From IMG/VR virus record IMGVR_UViG_3300029570_000099, positions 1 through 5,726 of that record: DNA of 5,726 nucleotides. One strand, given 5' to 3'. Below, one piece after another: positions 3,348 to 5,726 of the stretch (position 1 is its first letter; each line of letters opens with the position of its first letter). Made by a program: the position numbers and the translations under genes. The notes beneath the pieces were generated by a model that was not told the DNA's origin, did no database searches, and saw nothing but the letters and a program-made list of their open reading frames with translations. The stretch is from a virus.

Positions 3348-5009
3348 TTACAGTTTGTACAAGCCCGGTACGCTGTATAGTGGCATCCGTCTTGTGGTTT
3401 TGTTCGCTATGCGGATAGCGCCGAAAAATTGCGGCTCATTCTGCACGACGAGTGTGCGCGCAATTTCGGTCTTGCCTTCTTCCATCCAGTCTTGTGACAG
3501 TGTTGGTACGGTTGAATAATTGTCTGCGTAGTGCCAGAAATCCAACGTGCCTGTTGCGTTGCTTCGCATGAGGCCGCTTACCCGGTTTGGTTTCATTCGG
3601 TAGTCCGCCCAGGCCTCTTGATAGCCGAACGTTTCTTCGTCCGTTGCCGTGCCGGTCAACATGATCTCCTTTTTCTTTACAGGCTGCTCTCCCAGGTTTG
3701 CAAACTGTGGTACATAATAGTCAAGCCTGTCGCTTCTGCTCCAGAAACGTTCCAAGCCTTGCTGGTAACTGCGATTGTGTCGCACACAACAGACACCAAT
3801 TACAAACCCATGCTCTTCAAAAGATTTGGTAAAAGAGCTTTCGCTTACCGGCGTCACTGACATTGCACCAGTTTCGCCCAGCGGTAACTTATCGTTTGCC
3901 GCTGTCTGTACGATTTGGTTGATATTGACGTGATATCTGCCGCCGCCAAGGTATTCCGGCACCTGTACGGTTTTATCGCTGATAACTACGTTCCACAGTG
4001 CCTGTACCTGTTCACGGTAACGGCTGCCGCCTCGTGCGAGCGCTTCGTAGTACTGCTGTACTGCTACGGCTTTTCTTAAGTCGTTGATGGTTGCTGCGGT
4101 TACACTGCTAAGGTCTGCACCTAAGTATCCGCTCTTTTGAGTAGTGCCTTGGGATGTTGATGCGCCTACAACATGTGCAGCTTTTGGGTCGCTTACTGTT
4201 CCTACTTCATTGTATATTTCTGGTGCTCCTGAGCCTGTACCGTTCAAGTAAATGCTATTGCTTGGTGTCATCTTTTTTTTCAGGTCGGTGCTGTCGAATA
4301 GGTTTACTGCTGCGTTGCCTGCCATCGGCAGTGTTACTGCTGGCCCGCGCTGAGGATAAGGTAGACAGCTTGTGAAGTAGTCATGGAATTTGTTTACAGG
4401 CAACAGGTTTCCGCCTTTGTACGCGTTGTTTTCTGCTTCTTGCACCCAATCTTCTTTTCCAAATTCGTAGTCTACGTTTGCATCGTCTGTTTTTAATACT
4501 GCTGTGTTATCTACGTTTTCATCTCTGAAAAATTCGTTCCAGATTTTGACGTATGCTCTTATGGGCAGCGCGTTAATGCTAAATTCTTTTTTAATTTTGG
4601 TCGGTACTCCCATATAGTCCAGTATGGACCTTTCGTTTGGTTTTGGTGCTGCGTCCGTTCCTTTGATTTTGATTTGCGGCACTGCGTAATCTTTGCTTGG
4701 CATCCATGGCGTTGCCTCTACTTCTCCCATGAAGTGTTTGAAGTTGTCCCACAGAATTCTGTTAGGACAATAGAAGTAGTAGAAGTCAATGAATGCATCG
4801 TCCATCACTGGATACTTCGGTGTGCTCATTCGGATGATTGCTGCCGTGTCTACGTTGAAGGTATCGCCCGGTAATACTTCGTCAACATAGAATGGAATCA
4901 GCTTGCCGGAATCGAACGTTGTTAAAATTGTCTGATCACGGTTAAACCGCGTTCGACTTGCTTTCATTTCTGGAATCTGATTAAAGTGTCTTTCGTTGTT
5001 TCGATTCAC
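3348..5009 (-). CDS. VP1: Major capsid protein (Microviridae VP1 / F family)
   Basis: The 553-aa ORF has an N-terminus, HFNQIPEMKASRTRFNRDQTILTTFDSGKLIPFYVDEVLPGDTF...FYCPNRILWDNFKHFMGE, that matches the conserved gokushovirus VP1 opening. The size is typical. The start is GTG 5009..5007, preceded by GCAAAGGAGGAAGAAAA (AAGGAGG with a 7-nt spacer), and it overlaps the VP3 stop as GTGA. Confidence 0.95.
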   Translation of the reverse strand: MNRNNERHFNQIPEMKASRTRFNRDQTILTTFDSGKLIPFYVDEVLPGDTFNVDTAAIIRMSTPKYPVMDDAFIDFYYFYCPNRILWDNFKHFMGEVEATPWMPSKDYAVPQIKIKGTDAAPKPNERSILDYMGVPTKIKKEFSINALPIRAYVKIWNEFFRDENVDNTAVLKTDDANVDYEFGKEDWVQEAENNAYKGGNLLPVNKFHDYFTSCLPYPQRGPAVTLPMAGNAAVNLFDSTDLKKKMTPSNSIYLNGTGSGAPEIYNEVGTVSDPKAAHVVGASTSQGTTQKSGYLGADLSSVTAATINDLRKAVAVQQYYEALARGGSRYREQVQALWNVVISDKTVQVPEYLGGGRYHVNINQIVQTAANDKLPLGETGAMSVTPVSESSFTKSFEEHGFVIGVCCVRHNRSYQQGLERFWSRSDRLDYYVPQFANLGEQPVKKKEIMLTGTATDEETFGYQEAWADYRMKPNRVSGLMRSNATGTLDFWHYADNYSTVPTLSQDWMEEGKTEIARTLVVQNEPQFFGAIRIANKTTRRMPLYSVPGLYKL

Positions 5010-5404
5010 TTTTCTTCCTCCTTTGCTTCCGGTTCTGTTTTTGTTTCTGCTGCTGCCATTTTTTGCAGTTCTTCAAGTTTCATGGCGTTTGCCTGTGCGG
5101 TCGCTACCATTCGATGATACTCGTGAATGTTCTGCGGAAATTCCGTAATATCCGTGTATGTATCGTTTAATGCTCCCTCCGACAGATTTTTCAGAAACTG
5201 CGGGTCAAAACTTGCTTTTCGGACGATGCTTTTGATGTCGCATTCGTCAGAATAGCTTTCAATTTCCTGTTGGATGTCGATTGGTGCAGTTTCTTGCAGT
5301 ACTTCTTGCCCTTTTTCGTCCTTCGTCCAAACGTATTGTTTTTGCTCTTTTTCTCCCGGGTTAGAAAAGAAGGGCTTTCGCCCTTCTTCGTATCGTTTAT
5401 TCAT
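5006..5404 (-). CDS. VP3: Internal scaffolding protein (gokushovirus VP3-like), 132 aa
   Basis: I chose the internal Met of track ORF 5006..5524. ATG 5404..5402 is preceded by GGGAGGG with an 8-nt spacer and overlaps the upstream ORF stop (ATGAATAA). The track start at 5524 has GAAGG directly abutting the ATG and would overlap the VP5-like ORF by 120 nt. The sequence has DECDIKSIVRK and a later EYHRMVATAQ block resembling the conserved DECDINxI...Y(H/E)EA...AQ pattern of VP3, an acidic C-terminus, and a position directly upstream of VP1. Confidence 0.7.
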   Translation of the reverse strand: MNKRYEEGRKPFFSNPGEKEQKQYVWTKDEKGQEVLQETAPIDIQQEIESYSDECDIKSIVRKASFDPQFLKNLSEGALNDTYTDITEFPQNIHEYHRMVATAQANAMKLEELQKMAAAETKTEPEAKEEEK

Positions 5405-5636
5405 GCGGCTTGCCCTCCCATACCTTTTCCTTTTCGTTGGCAAACTCACCGTTTTCGTCGTCAAACTCTGCCAACTTAAAGCCGGTGTAGTCACCAGGTG
5501 CCTGCCCGACAAACGTTTTTTCATCCTTCGCCATTACGTTGCACATACGTGCAAAGGTTGCGTTGTTCTTGCTCTCGCCTACCCATGCATAGCACTTTGC
5601 TACATTGTCCCACAGGCCAAAATATTCATGCTTCAT
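5397..5636 (-). CDS. VP5: Small non-structural protein, gokushovirus VP5-like, 79 aa
   Basis: ATG 5636..5634 is preceded, across the circular junction, by AAAAAGGAGAGTAAATAAC, a strong SD. The sequence pattern is MKHEYFGLWDNVAKCY...NNATFARMC...APGDYTGFKLAEFDDENGEF. It resembles the ...D.vA..y......N.a.a.R.F...P.Dy.L..lG.fDd.tG.. pattern I recall for VP5/ORF5 proteins. The position upstream of VP3-VP1 fits. Confidence 0.6.
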   Translation of the reverse strand: MKHEYFGLWDNVAKCYAWVGESKNNATFARMCNVMAKDEKTFVGQAPGDYTGFKLAEFDDENGEFANEKEKVWEGKPHE

Positions 5637-5726
5637 GTTATTTACTCTCCTTTTTTACAGCCGGATGCCACCGCGCATAGGTTTCTGGCTGAGGTTGATA
5701 CTTTTGGTTTTTCTTGCGGTTACGTT
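5636..5726. repeat. Terminal direct repeat, copy 2 (identical to 1..91)
   Basis: See copy 1. This copy also holds a truncated duplicate of the 3' part of the 33-aa basic ORF (5655..5726), which should not be counted as a separate gene. Confidence 0.95.

Noticed and set aside
5405-5524. Long N-terminal extension of the VP3-like ORF (the 172-aa version starting at 5524)
   Set aside because: The GAAGG abuts the ATG with zero spacing. The extension overlaps the VP5-like ORF out of frame and has a shadow-frame composition. ATG 5404 has a GGGAGGG SD with an 8-nt spacer.
451-5680. All plus-strand ORFs in the track: 451..648, 545..859, 817..1005, 962..1171, 2662..2937, 3531..3860, 4154..4375, 4674..4874, 5270..5479 and 5498..5680
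   Set aside because: Each is antisense to a well-supported minus-strand gene or lies in the repeat-rich non-coding region. Their translations are low-complexity, Cys/Leu/Phe-rich shadow-frame sequences. I saw no SD-like sequence in front of them and recognised no motif. Microviruses encode all genes on one strand.
1-5726. tRNA, rRNA or other structured RNA genes, and integrase/recombinase genes
   Set aside because: No cloverleaf-compatible segment or conserved RNA motif stood out in the only sizeable non-coding region (883..1422). No ORF resembles a tyrosine or serine recombinase.

Overview
The window is one complete circular Microviridae genome, gokushovirus-like, linearised with a 91-nt terminal overlap. 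Positions 1..91 are identical to 5636..5726, so the unit length is 5635 nt. Every credible gene lies on the minus strand, so the window is the reverse complement of the coding strand.

Reading the minus strand from 5636 downward, the genes are:
- a VP5-like small protein
- a VP3-like internal scaffolding protein
- VP1, the major capsid protein (553 aa)
- VP2, the pilot or minor capsid protein (289 aa)
- VP4, the HUH rolling-circle replication initiator (339 aa)
- a ~540-nt non-coding region (883..1422)
- an accessory operon: a Zn peptidase of the M15/YcbK-DUF882 type plus two tightly coupled small ORFs of 40 and 74 aa
- a 33-aa highly basic ORF, absent from the ORF track, that looks like the J/VP8-type DNA-packaging peptide

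The parts most worth a second look are:
1. The cell-wall hydrolase cassette has its own near-consensus promoter but no holin or signal peptide.
2. The non-coding region carries nine same-orientation copies of TTTCAACA and an AT-rich palindromic stretch.
3. The same region contains a 43-nt GC-rich hairpin built from alternating pyrimidine-purine tracts.
4. It also contains a perfect 9-bp hairpin whose loop carries ACTTGATA, the core of the phiX174 origin, but on the non-coding strand.
5. In the VP1-VP2 spacer, a terminator-like hairpin sits between a strong SD and the VP2 start codon.

All family calls come from motifs I recognised by eye. No database search was run.
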